From Acidobacteriota bacterium (GTDB lineage: Bacteria; Acidobacteriota; Blastocatellia; Chloracidobacteriales; JADJPF01): 64,000 nucleotides of DNA. Positions 55,835 through 64,000 of the stretch are shown here, piece by piece; the stretch's first letter is position 1, and each line of letters starts with the position of its first letter. The notes under the pieces were generated by a model. That model had not been told where the DNA came from, ran no database searches, and saw only the letters and a list, made by a program, of their open reading frames with translations. The translations under genes and the position numbers were made by a program. The stretch is taken from positions 518-64,517 of the forward strand of contig JACQZQ010000011.1 of the NCBI GenBank assembly GCA_016213785.1. Reading direction: 5' to 3'.

Positions 55835-56491
55835 ATGCATCGCGTAATTTTCACTAGCTTATTTATCTTATCGCTTTTGCTATTTTCTATAACTAGTTTT
55901 GCACAGCAAAATAGTTTACGCGAATATAAATATCATTTTGAAAATGCACGTTTTGAAATAACTACTGTAGATATAAATATTTCTGATAAAGGTGAGGGTG
56001 AATTACGTTTTAAGAAACGAGATGATGATGAAGAGATAACGCTTCCAATTAAATTACAACCTGATACCATAAATCGATTACAAAGTTTATATGATGGACT
56101 TAGATTTTTAGATAGCATAGATAGTTATCAATCAAATGCTCAGTTAGCTAACTTAGGTACAACCACTATTTTTCTAAAACAAGGCGAGCGTAGCAGATCA
56201 GCAAGCTTTAATTATACAAATAATCCAACAGCAATGCAGCTAGCAGCTTTGTTTAGAGCTATTGAAAACCAATATAGAAGAGTAGAGGAAATAAAACTAG
56301 CCAGACAATTTAGCCCACTAGATTTACCAAAACTTCTTAAAAATCTAGAAGAAGAACTTAAGCGCAATCGAATTGCAGAACCAATGCAAATAGTACCGCT
56401 TCTTTCAGATATTTCCGTAGATGATAGTGCGCCATTAATTGCTCGTAATGCAGCCGGAAAGCTTGCTACAATGATCAAACGGGGCAAGTAA
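55835..56491 (+). CDS. secreted hypothetical protein
   Basis: Signal peptide (FTSLFILSLLLFSITSFAQQ). No motif recognised. Confidence 0.5.
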   Translation: MHRVIFTSLFILSLLLFSITSFAQQNSLREYKYHFENARFEITTVDINISDKGEGELRFKKRDDDEEITLPIKLQPDTINRLQSLYDGLRFLDSIDSYQSNAQLANLGTTTIFLKQGERSRSASFNYTNNPTAMQLAALFRAIENQYRRVEEIKLARQFSPLDLPKLLKNLEEELKRNRIAEPMQIVPLLSDISVDDSAPLIARNAAGKLATMIKRGK

Positions 56492-56551
56492 AAAAAGCCT
56501 TTTTCCTAGGCTATGGTCTTATGGGAAGCGGTTTCTATTCCTGATATTTAA

Positions 56552-56580
56552 TTGACACCTATTCGGAACTTTGCTAAACT
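56552..56580 (+). promoter_or_regulatory. candidate sigma-70 promoter for the PATAN/Roadblock operon
   Basis: TTGACA (56552-56557), 17-nt spacer, TAAACT (56575-56580). This would give a leader of about 230 nt before the ATG at 56813. Confidence 0.3.
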
Positions 56581-56812
56581 CTTCCCAAGCCAAATGAGCT
56601 ATCTACTTATATTAAGAAGCATTCTACTTATTAAATCCAACTAAAAGATAGCTATTAAGTTTAATTAAATTTAATAAAACTTAATCAAATTTAATTAAAA
56701 AAGAATTGTCTTCGGTTAACTCTAAATATAAACTGGTAGCCTAAATAGAAATATTGTTTTCCCAAGTTGTGCATTAAAAAACTCTAAAAACTAGAAGAGA
56801 GAGAAAGTAACT

Positions 56813-57601
56813 ATGGCCTTAGTGGGAGATCTAAAGGATCTTGCCCTAGTAGATATTATTCAAATTAACTGTATTGGACGTAATACGGCTCGTTTAACAG
56901 TGCATTATCCAACTGGGGATGGCGTGTTTTACTTTCAAGATGGTGATGTAGTAGATGCACGTTTTGGTGAACTATCGGGTATAGATGCTGTTTATCAAGC
57001 TCTACGTTATAGTGAAGGCAGTTTTCGCATTGATACAGGAATAGCTGCCCCAATGCGTACAATCTATGAACCTTGGGCTAACATCCTTATGGAAGGGATG
57101 AGAATTATTGATGAAGAGCGAGCAGGAATGATTCCTACTACTCCTGGCCTTACACCTGTTGGAGCAATACCTGGTATTAGTACTGGCACACCTTCAGGCG
57201 GAGTTGTAAGAGCAATAAACCCTTATCAAACTTTAGTCAATGATCTGCTTAAGATTAGAGGCGTAGAAGGTGCTCTAGCTACTTTAAGAGATGGTACTCT
57301 ACAAGCACATAGCAATATAAAAACGCCAGAAAAACTTGGGATGTTAATTGCTTTTACCGTCTATCATGGCGGACTTGCAGCTATTCCTGCTCGTATAGGA
57401 ATGATGAAGCGTATAGCTATTATCTCTGGTCAAAAGAAATTAATTATTTTTGATCAAGAAGACTTTTTAGCTGCTATTGAATGTGGTAGCGCTGTACGTT
57501 ATGAAACGATAAACCCATATATTGAGCGCGCTTTCCGTAAGATTCAAATGAGGCGCGGCCCTACTGGGACAGGCGTGTCCGGTCCTCTAACACAATTCTA
57601 A
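56813..57601 (+). CDS. PATAN (DUF4388)-like domain plus Roadblock/LC7-like domain protein
   Basis: N-terminus GDLKDLALVDIIQ...GVFYFQDGDVVDARFGELSGIDAVYQAL..GSFRI. Pro/Gly linker. C-terminus LKIRGVEGALATLRDGTLQAHS...LIIFDQEDFLAAIE is Roadblock-like. Confidence 0.65.
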   Translation: MALVGDLKDLALVDIIQINCIGRNTARLTVHYPTGDGVFYFQDGDVVDARFGELSGIDAVYQALRYSEGSFRIDTGIAAPMRTIYEPWANILMEGMRIIDEERAGMIPTTPGLTPVGAIPGISTGTPSGGVVRAINPYQTLVNDLLKIRGVEGALATLRDGTLQAHSNIKTPEKLGMLIAFTVYHGGLAAIPARIGMMKRIAIISGQKKLIIFDQEDFLAAIECGSAVRYETINPYIERAFRKIQMRRGPTGTGVSGPLTQF

Positions 57602-57637
57602 AGGTAGCGCTTAAGTTGTTGCGCAGATTAAGCTCTT

Positions 57638-58954
57638 ATGCACATTCCTAAAGGAAAGCCAGTCCATGAAAACCTTAAAACCTCTTACCTAAACGCCACT
57701 GCATTGTTGGCTGATCTTCAAATTGATAGCTTTACAGGCTACTTACAAGCTGTTTTTCCTCATAGTAAAGGCAATATTTTTTTAGCAAATGGAATAATAC
57801 TTAATGCTGTTGATGAAAGCTTAGACCGGCTTAGACGTGGTGAAGAAGCTATAGATGCAATATTACTTAGATCTAGTTCTCCTGATGGAAAAATATCTGT
57901 CTACTCTCATACATATAAAACCATTGAAGCTATTGCAGGCCGTATTGAAGGAGAAATAGTTTATCAAGCACTAGATAGCGATTTTACAGACTTAAAAAAA
58001 TTAGTAGAAAAACTTAAGCAACAAGATTCTTTAAGATTCTATATTGAAGTTGAATTTAGTGATTTTGGCGATGGAGTAATCTATGTAATTGATGGAGAAG
58101 TCGATGGAGTGCTATCATTAGCTTCAGGTGAGGTTATTGAAGGCTTAGCAGCTTATGAAAAGGTTTTAAGTCTTGTTTTAGAAAAATCAGCCACTTTTCA
58201 TGTTTATCGTTGCGCTAAAATAGTTATTAATCCACAATCAGATAATGTTTTATCTTTCCCTGAAGTAAGCTCAACAATAACTAAACTATCACCAAAAATT
58301 AACGAAGAACCTCTAGTTCAAATAGATCAAAAAGAAATAGTAGAAATAGTAGAAATTACTAGTAAAGAAGTAGGGATAGCAGAATCAGTAGAAGTAGCAG
58401 GAGTAGCACAAACACTAGAACCAACAGAATTAGAAGAAGAAATAAAAGAAGTAGAATCTCAAGACGTAAATGAAACTCCATCAGAAAAAGAATTACCAGT
58501 AGATAACAAAGAAGATCTTTCTCAAAAAAAATCAGAAGAACTATCGCCTATTGATGAAGACTATCAGACAATATTAGGTATAATGACAGAAATTATTCAA
58601 ATTGTAGAAAGAGTTTCTCTCTTAGTTAGTAAAGAAGCTAATTTTCCAGTTGCTTTTCGAAGCGGATTACTAAAAATTACTGAAGAATATCCAGTTTTTG
58701 ATCCTTTTGCAGAAGATTTTTCTTATCAAGATGGTAAAATCCATCTCACAACCCTTATACCAAAAGCTCTTTTAATAAATGGTTTAACTAAAGCCCTTAA
58801 ATATACTTTAGATGAATTGGTTCGTATGTCACCAAATTCTCAACTAAGAGAAAGAATAATAGGGGCATTACTACGCTTGGAACAGTTAAAACAAAGAGAA
58901 TTTGAAGTTTTTTCAATTTCTTCAGCTTTAGCTGAACTTATAACAATAGAATAA
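57638..58954 (+). CDS. protein with two PATAN-like blocks, acidic repeat linker and unassigned C-terminal domain
   Basis: LLADLQIDSFTGYLQAVF..GNIFLANGIILNAV...GEEAIDAIL, and a second block FYIEVEF..GVIYVIDGEVDGV...GLAAYEKVL. The linker is E/V/I-rich with an EIVEIVEI repeat. Confidence 0.5.
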   Translation: MHIPKGKPVHENLKTSYLNATALLADLQIDSFTGYLQAVFPHSKGNIFLANGIILNAVDESLDRLRRGEEAIDAILLRSSSPDGKISVYSHTYKTIEAIAGRIEGEIVYQALDSDFTDLKKLVEKLKQQDSLRFYIEVEFSDFGDGVIYVIDGEVDGVLSLASGEVIEGLAAYEKVLSLVLEKSATFHVYRCAKIVINPQSDNVLSFPEVSSTITKLSPKINEEPLVQIDQKEIVEIVEITSKEVGIAESVEVAGVAQTLEPTELEEEIKEVESQDVNETPSEKELPVDNKEDLSQKKSEELSPIDEDYQTILGIMTEIIQIVERVSLLVSKEANFPVAFRSGLLKITEEYPVFDPFAEDFSYQDGKIHLTTLIPKALLINGLTKALKYTLDELVRMSPNSQLRERIIGALLRLEQLKQREFEVFSISSALAELITIE

Positions 58955-58978
58955 TTTTCTAAAGAGAGGAACTAGACT

Positions 58979-59467
58979 GTGGGTAAAGCACATGAAATCT
59001 TCCTACAAGATATGTTACGTATCCAAGGCGTAAAAACTGCTGCACTAGTAAATTTTCGAGGAGAATTCTTACTCTCAGCAGGAGTATTTACTCCTAATGC
59101 ACAAATATCTAATCAATTAGGTACTTGTATAGTACAGTTAATAGCAACAGCCGAATATGTTCGAGGTCGCTCTGAAGAAGTGACTATGCTTTATTCTGAA
59201 GGCAGACTTTCAGCTTTTATTAATCTAGACTTATTAATAGATACTCCTTATGGCGCACAAGAGGTATTTTTACTAATTCTAAGTAGCGCAAATGTAAATT
59301 TACCTACTCTACGTATGACAGTAAAAGTAGCTTTAAGTAAGCTTAAACTAGATAAATCTGTAAGAGATTTAAGGATTAATGTTAGGGTTTATCCACAGAA
59401 TTTGCTTACCCGAGATCGTATGGATGAAACTAGCTGGCAGTTTGTAGAAGCAATAAGTCGTGGTTGA
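58979..59467 (+). CDS. stand-alone Roadblock/LC7-like protein
   Basis: LRIQGVKTAALVNFRGEFLLSAG pattern, 162 aa. GTG start follows gagagga. Confidence 0.55.
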   Translation: MGKAHEIFLQDMLRIQGVKTAALVNFRGEFLLSAGVFTPNAQISNQLGTCIVQLIATAEYVRGRSEEVTMLYSEGRLSAFINLDLLIDTPYGAQEVFLLILSSANVNLPTLRMTVKVALSKLKLDKSVRDLRINVRVYPQNLLTRDRMDETSWQFVEAISRG

Positions 59468-59509
59468 AAATTCTTAGCAGCATAAACTACAAGGTGAGAT
59501 TTAAATATC

Positions 59510-60310
59510 ATGTCAGATGCATTTTCTGGAAATTTATCGCAATTTAAACTTCTTGATATCTTACGACTCTTACACGCTAGTAATCGTACTGGCTTGTTAG
59601 AGCTTGAACACGAAGATGGGCATTTTGGTGAAATTTATTTTGTTAGCGGCCAAGCTACTCATGCCCTTTATGAAGAATACATAGGTGAGGAAGCTATCTA
59701 TGCACTTTTTTCTTGGATAGATGGAACATTTCGTTTTCGTAGTGGCGAAATGACAGATGAACAGACTACAATGCTAACTACAGAAGAAATACTAGGCGAA
59801 AGCGTTACTTATGCTGCTGATTGGGAAAGTGTTCGTCGTGTTATTCCTTCACGCAATACACTATTTAAACTCTCCTCTCGTCCAACTAAAGAATTTTCTC
59901 TTCGATCAGAGGATTGGGCAGTACTGCGTGAAGTAGATGGTGAAAAAAATGTTGGGGAAGTTGCTGACGCTACCCAATTAGGAGAGCTACAAGCTTCACG
60001 CATTCTAGTACGTTTATTTGACCTTGGTTTAATTGAATCGGCTGGTGAAGCTTCCTCACAACAATCTTATATAGAAGCTGTAGATGAAGCTATTCTAGAT
60101 CAAGTAGAAAGAGATCTAACTCTAGCCATAGGCCCTATGGGACCAATTGTTATTGATGATTGTGCTGAAATGCTAGGATTTAGCCGTAGCAATTTACCTA
60201 GGGATATGGTTCCATCTTTTATTGAAAGACTAGCAGAGGAAATCCCTGATAGCGACCGCCGTGTTCGTTTTCAAGAATCAATGTTAGAAATAATGAAACA
60301 GCTTTTCTAA
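59510..60310 (+). CDS. PATAN (DUF4388)-like domain protein with unassigned central and C-terminal domains
   Basis: GNLSQFKLLDILRLLHASNRTGLLELE...GEIYFVSGQATHA...GEEAIYALFSW.DGTFRF. The central segment DWAVLREVDGEKNVGEVA...LVRLFDLGLIE looks winged-helix-like. Confidence 0.65.
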   Translation: MSDAFSGNLSQFKLLDILRLLHASNRTGLLELEHEDGHFGEIYFVSGQATHALYEEYIGEEAIYALFSWIDGTFRFRSGEMTDEQTTMLTTEEILGESVTYAADWESVRRVIPSRNTLFKLSSRPTKEFSLRSEDWAVLREVDGEKNVGEVADATQLGELQASRILVRLFDLGLIESAGEASSQQSYIEAVDEAILDQVERDLTLAIGPMGPIVIDDCAEMLGFSRSNLPRDMVPSFIERLAEEIPDSDRRVRFQESMLEIMKQLF

Positions 60311-60410
60311 AAGAGTTTTAAGTTAAAGAATCTGAAGATTTCTCTATTTTTATAAGTCTAATAAAAGGAGATGTGGGGAGTTTTTCTAAAATCTCCACGC
60401 TAAAACTAAC

Positions 60411-61673
60411 ATGAAACTAATGATTAAGCAGAAATTAATGATTTTTTCAGCCCTACTAGTTTTTGTCCCTTTGCTTTTTTCTGCCCTAATTATTGGCTAC
60501 ATAGTTAAAAGTAGCATTGATGATCAGTCTGCACAGTCTATGGAAAAAGATGCTCGTGTTGCTGAACAACTTTATAAAAATCGGGAACTGCTTATTGTCC
60601 AAATTGTTCAAAATTCTGCTCAATCTATAAGCGCTCAAGGGCTTTTTGATCTAACCCAAGCGCCTACTTCAACAAGTACTGACCCTAAAAGTGCAACTGG
60701 TAGAGTTCAAGAAGAAGGTACTAAACGCTTAGCAGGAGTACTAAATGCTGCTCAACAGGCAGGAAATATTGATTTTATTGTTCTTACCGATAGCAAAGGT
60801 AATATTATTGCTAGACAAGCTCAAGGTAGTGCAAATGGATCTGTTGGGGATAACCCTTTAATAGTTTCTGTACAAAATGCTGTTACTGCAAGCCGAACCT
60901 ATGCCCAATCTAGTTCTGTAAAAGAATCAGCTGAAAAAATAAATTTACTTGGTGGTGAAGAGCTTGCTAAACGTGCAGAAATAAAAGCCGAAGGTCGCTC
61001 AATTACAGATGGTTTAGTAATAGAAGCGGCTGCTCCTATTACTAATAATAGTGGAAGACTTTTAGGCATTGTTCTAGCAGGTCTACTAGTTAATAATGCT
61101 CCTCAGGATCGTGCTGTTATTGAAGATATTAAAACCAAACTCTACCCTTCTTTACCTAATGCTGCTGGAGCATCGGTTACATTAAATGATGTAATTGTTT
61201 CTACTAATATTCCTATTCCACAAAATGGCGCTTTAGGAAAACGTACTTCTGTAGCGGCTAGCGATGCTCCTAAAACATCAATAGAAAATTTTAGTGATGA
61301 AGCTTATAAAAGCGCTTATGTTCCAATAAAAGATAGTAGTAATCAAGTAATTGGTCGCGTAGGTGTTCAAGTTAAACAAAGCTGGTTTAATGCTGTACTT
61401 AATAAAGTTCTCTTAATTATTGTTCTAATAGTTTTAGTATTTATTTTAGGTGCAATAGGTGTTGCAATTTTTGCTGCACAAAAATTAACTAAACCAATAA
61501 TTGAGCTTACAGAAGCTTCTAATAATATCAGCTTAGGTAAACTAGATGAGTCTATACAAATTAAGAGCGATGATGAAATAGGTCAATTAGCCGAAGCTTT
61601 AGAACGTATGAGAATTAGCTTAAAACAAGCTCTAGATAGATTACGTAGTAGACGTGCTCAGCAGCAAAATTAA
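60411..61673 (+). CDS. two-TM periplasmic sensor protein ending in a HAMP domain with no output domain
   Basis: TM1 aa 9-30, about 310-aa periplasmic region, TM2 VLLIIVLIVLVFILGAIGVAIFAA. HAMP is PIIELTEASNNISLGKLDESIQIKSDDEIGQLAEALERM. The stop comes about 25 aa later. Confidence 0.75.
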   Translation: MKLMIKQKLMIFSALLVFVPLLFSALIIGYIVKSSIDDQSAQSMEKDARVAEQLYKNRELLIVQIVQNSAQSISAQGLFDLTQAPTSTSTDPKSATGRVQEEGTKRLAGVLNAAQQAGNIDFIVLTDSKGNIIARQAQGSANGSVGDNPLIVSVQNAVTASRTYAQSSSVKESAEKINLLGGEELAKRAEIKAEGRSITDGLVIEAAAPITNNSGRLLGIVLAGLLVNNAPQDRAVIEDIKTKLYPSLPNAAGASVTLNDVIVSTNIPIPQNGALGKRTSVAASDAPKTSIENFSDEAYKSAYVPIKDSSNQVIGRVGVQVKQSWFNAVLNKVLLIIVLIVLVFILGAIGVAIFAAQKLTKPIIELTEASNNISLGKLDESIQIKSDDEIGQLAEALERMRISLKQALDRLRSRRAQQQN

Positions 61674-61715
61674 TTTTTATCTTAGACCTAAGCAAATAGC
61701 CTTATAAATAGTTTT

Positions 61716-63137
61716 ATGAGTAGTAATTTTTCAAAAAACAAACCTAAACCTTTTTTAACAACGCTAAGTGATTCTGCGGGTTCTCCTGGAAATGATGAAT
61801 CCGTCTATGCTCCTACTCGAAAACTACCTAATATCCCTATTCAGCTTTCAGACCTCTATGATGATATTTCTTTAATAGAAGATTCATCAAGTCCTGAAAT
61901 AGAACCACTTAATGAAACTTTTTCAGAAGAAATAGTTGCTCAAACTAATCCTTATAATGCTCCAATAAATATCGAAGTTATAGAAGTTAATGAAGATAGA
62001 ATTCTAGAAGAAGAAATAATTACTCAAACTAACTCTTACCAACCACATGCTAAAGTAAAAAATGAAGAACCTTCGATTTTTGAGCCTAATTTACCTTCTT
62101 TTGAAGTAAAACTTGATCCTAACTCCTCTACTGCGGGATTTGAAAAAAACGCAATACTAAAAGAACAACTAGAAAGTGTAGACTTTTATATTGAACAAGG
62201 CTTTTTAGATGTTGCTTTTAGTACTTTAGAAAAATTAGAAGCGGTTTTTCCTGCCCATCCTTTAATTTCTGAAAGACTTGAAAAAATGGCTACTCTAGAA
62301 ATAAAAAATGCTAGCCAAGGAATTCAAGTCCCCTTTATGGCTACAGAACTTCCTAAAGATACTATTAAGGAAACACTAAAGAAAGTACCTCTAATAAATG
62401 ATATGAATCTTAGTGAAAAGGTCTTTCAGGTTCCAAATACAGCAGAACTTCCTTCTTTACAAGATATTGTAGCAGTAGAACCAGAGGTAGAAATGGATTT
62501 TAAGAGCTTAGTAACAGATAATGCTAAACTTACCAGTTCTAATAGCTTAGAAGATTTATCTAGTAATCAAAATAATGAAGAAGTAGCATTTAGTGAAATG
62601 CCCATAGAGCTTTATCAAACAATTACTGATGATGAAGAAGTAGAAAATATAGTTAATCAAGTAGACTCAGCAGCCGCAGAAATAGCAGCAGTCCAAAATG
62701 GGTTAAGGTCACTTCTTGATGAAGCGGAAGTAGAAACAACCCCTCAAGAAGATGCAAATGAAGAATTTTCTAGCCACTTTAATATTGGACAAGCTTATTT
62801 TGATATAGAGCTTTTTGATGATGCTATTGAAGAATTTCAAAATGCTTATCGAAGCATTCAACCTTTAGGCGCAAGTCCAAAAATATTTAGATGCTGTATG
62901 CTTTTAGGGAAATGTTTTCGCCTAAAAGAAATGCCTCGACCTGCTCTTATTTGGCTAAGAAAAGCCTTAGACACCAAAGAGTATCAAGAGTCTGAGCGCT
63001 TAGAGCTTTTTTATGAATTAGCTGGAGTTTATGAAGAATTAGGAGAACAGAAAAAAGCCTTAGACCTTTATCAAGAAATTGTAAAAATAGATTCAAATTA
63101 CTTAGATGTAACAAAACGCCTTTCTAGTGTTACCTAA
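61716..63137 (+). CDS. acidic protein with C-terminal TPR repeats
   Basis: A long low-complexity acidic region is followed by TPR-like repeats (HFNIGQAYFDIELFDDAIEEFQNAY.., LFYELAGVYEELGEQKKALDLYQEIVKIDSNY). Confidence 0.55.
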   Translation: MSSNFSKNKPKPFLTTLSDSAGSPGNDESVYAPTRKLPNIPIQLSDLYDDISLIEDSSSPEIEPLNETFSEEIVAQTNPYNAPINIEVIEVNEDRILEEEIITQTNSYQPHAKVKNEEPSIFEPNLPSFEVKLDPNSSTAGFEKNAILKEQLESVDFYIEQGFLDVAFSTLEKLEAVFPAHPLISERLEKMATLEIKNASQGIQVPFMATELPKDTIKETLKKVPLINDMNLSEKVFQVPNTAELPSLQDIVAVEPEVEMDFKSLVTDNAKLTSSNSLEDLSSNQNNEEVAFSEMPIELYQTITDDEEVENIVNQVDSAAAEIAAVQNGLRSLLDEAEVETTPQEDANEEFSSHFNIGQAYFDIELFDDAIEEFQNAYRSIQPLGASPKIFRCCMLLGKCFRLKEMPRPALIWLRKALDTKEYQESERLELFYELAGVYEELGEQKKALDLYQEIVKIDSNYLDVTKRLSSVT

Positions 63138-63148
63138 GTATTTTTAGC

Positions 63149-63979
63149 TTATTTACCTTCTTCTAATATTTTAAGCACTTCTAACCAAACTTCTTGAGGC
63201 TCAAGCTGACTATGATTAATTCTAGGGGAATGTCCTGTGGTAGAAGTAGAAACCCATCCTGCTTCAAGTTGGTTTAATTGCCCAATAAAAGCTGGTATAT
63301 CAAAACGAACAAACTCTGATTGTTTAGCTATATCATATTTATATCCTTCATTTAATTTTCTATAAACAATACAAATACGGTAATTTTTCTTATATAGTAA
63401 ATCAAAAATAAAGCTAGAACTCTCTACCATTATGGCTGATTGTTCTTCTGCAATAATTTGAAAATTTCTAGGTATTTCCTTTTCTAAAACTAAATTAATA
63501 TTGTTATTACAATAGTCTACTATTTGTTGTGCAGCGCTACGAAGTAAAGATGCAATTTCATCAGGTGATAAAGAATAAAGTCTTCCTTCATTACGAAATT
63601 TCCAAACAGGTGCCATTAAAGCACGAATTTGTGTAGACACCATCTCAGGAACAGGATAAGCCGGGCCAAATGTGTCTAATTTATCAACTACATCTAGTAA
63701 CATAGTAAACTTAGGGTTTTTTACCAGGCTTGGATCTAGAAATATTGCACAAGAAAAAACATTACAAGCATGCTCAATATGAGAGGTAACAAAGATGTTT
63801 GGAATTTGTAGCCCTAAAACAATTGCTTCAGCAAATTGTTTAGCTGCTGAACGAAAAGCATATTTAGAGTATTCTGCTAGCCTATCAAAACATAAATTTT
63901 CTGGATCAAGCTTTCCCATTTCAATATTTATTGCATTTTCTAGGATTTGTCCTGTTTGTAGAATACGAATTTCTTTCAT
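63149..63979 (-). CDS. hypothetical protein
   Basis: 276-aa ORF convergent with the TPR gene, with an 11-nt gap. No motif recognised. Confidence 0.45.
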   Translation of the reverse strand: MKEIRILQTGQILENAINIEMGKLDPENLCFDRLAEYSKYAFRSAAKQFAEAIVLGLQIPNIFVTSHIEHACNVFSCAIFLDPSLVKNPKFTMLLDVVDKLDTFGPAYPVPEMVSTQIRALMAPVWKFRNEGRLYSLSPDEIASLLRSAAQQIVDYCNNNINLVLEKEIPRNFQIIAEEQSAIMVESSSFIFDLLYKKNYRICIVYRKLNEGYKYDIAKQSEFVRFDIPAFIGQLNQLEAGWVSTSTTGHSPRINHSQLEPQEVWLEVLKILEEGK

Positions 63980-64000
63980 GCTTTTAGTGAACTTTTCTAG

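Noticed and set aside
1-64000. A search for CRISPR arrays, IS elements, integrases, prophage genes, tRNA or rRNA genes, and toxin-antitoxin or known defence-system genes.
   Set aside because: I recognised none by eye. There are no regularly spaced direct repeats, no transposase or recombinase motifs and no tRNA T-arm-like strings. tRNAscan, Infernal and DefenseFinder runs would be needed to exclude them formally.

Overview
AT-rich (about one-third G+C by eye) bacterial chromosomal segment with about 56 protein-coding genes on both strands, tightly packed, with several translationally coupled or overlapping pairs. It mixes housekeeping genes (lpd, folP, carA, pdxA, lysC-type aspartate kinase, ruvA, a MoaD-MoaE fusion, an ABC-F ATPase) with a lot of signal transduction. 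The signalling genes include a hybrid histidine kinase, an ECF sigma factor overlapping a Ser/Thr kinase, a PP2C/pseudo-receiver/PAS protein coupled to an RCK K+ channel, an RsbW-like protein, a TPR-fused sigma-54 activator, and a PATAN(DUF4388)/Roadblock cluster. A VWA protein with the TIGR03436-type 'acidobacterial' N-terminus and a TIGR02999-type ECF sigma next to a kinase tentatively suggest an Acidobacteriota-like environmental lineage. By eye I recognised no rRNA, tRNA, CRISPR array, transposase, integrase or phage gene. The best leads are below. (1) An in-frame TGA sits at the first position of a U-x-x-C motif and joins two ORFs (49442..50047) into a secreted thioredoxin-fold candidate selenoprotein, with a GC-rich hairpin 9 nt downstream. 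(2) A six-gene PATAN/Roadblock/HAMP-only-sensor/TPR operon (56813..63137) has no GTPase, kinase or receiver. (3) A LmbE-family gene appears split by a one-base shift in an A-run (about 39782). (4) Two adjacent secreted-protein genes share an identical 54-bp 5' module followed by abrupt divergence. All family calls come from motif reading by eye, with no database search.
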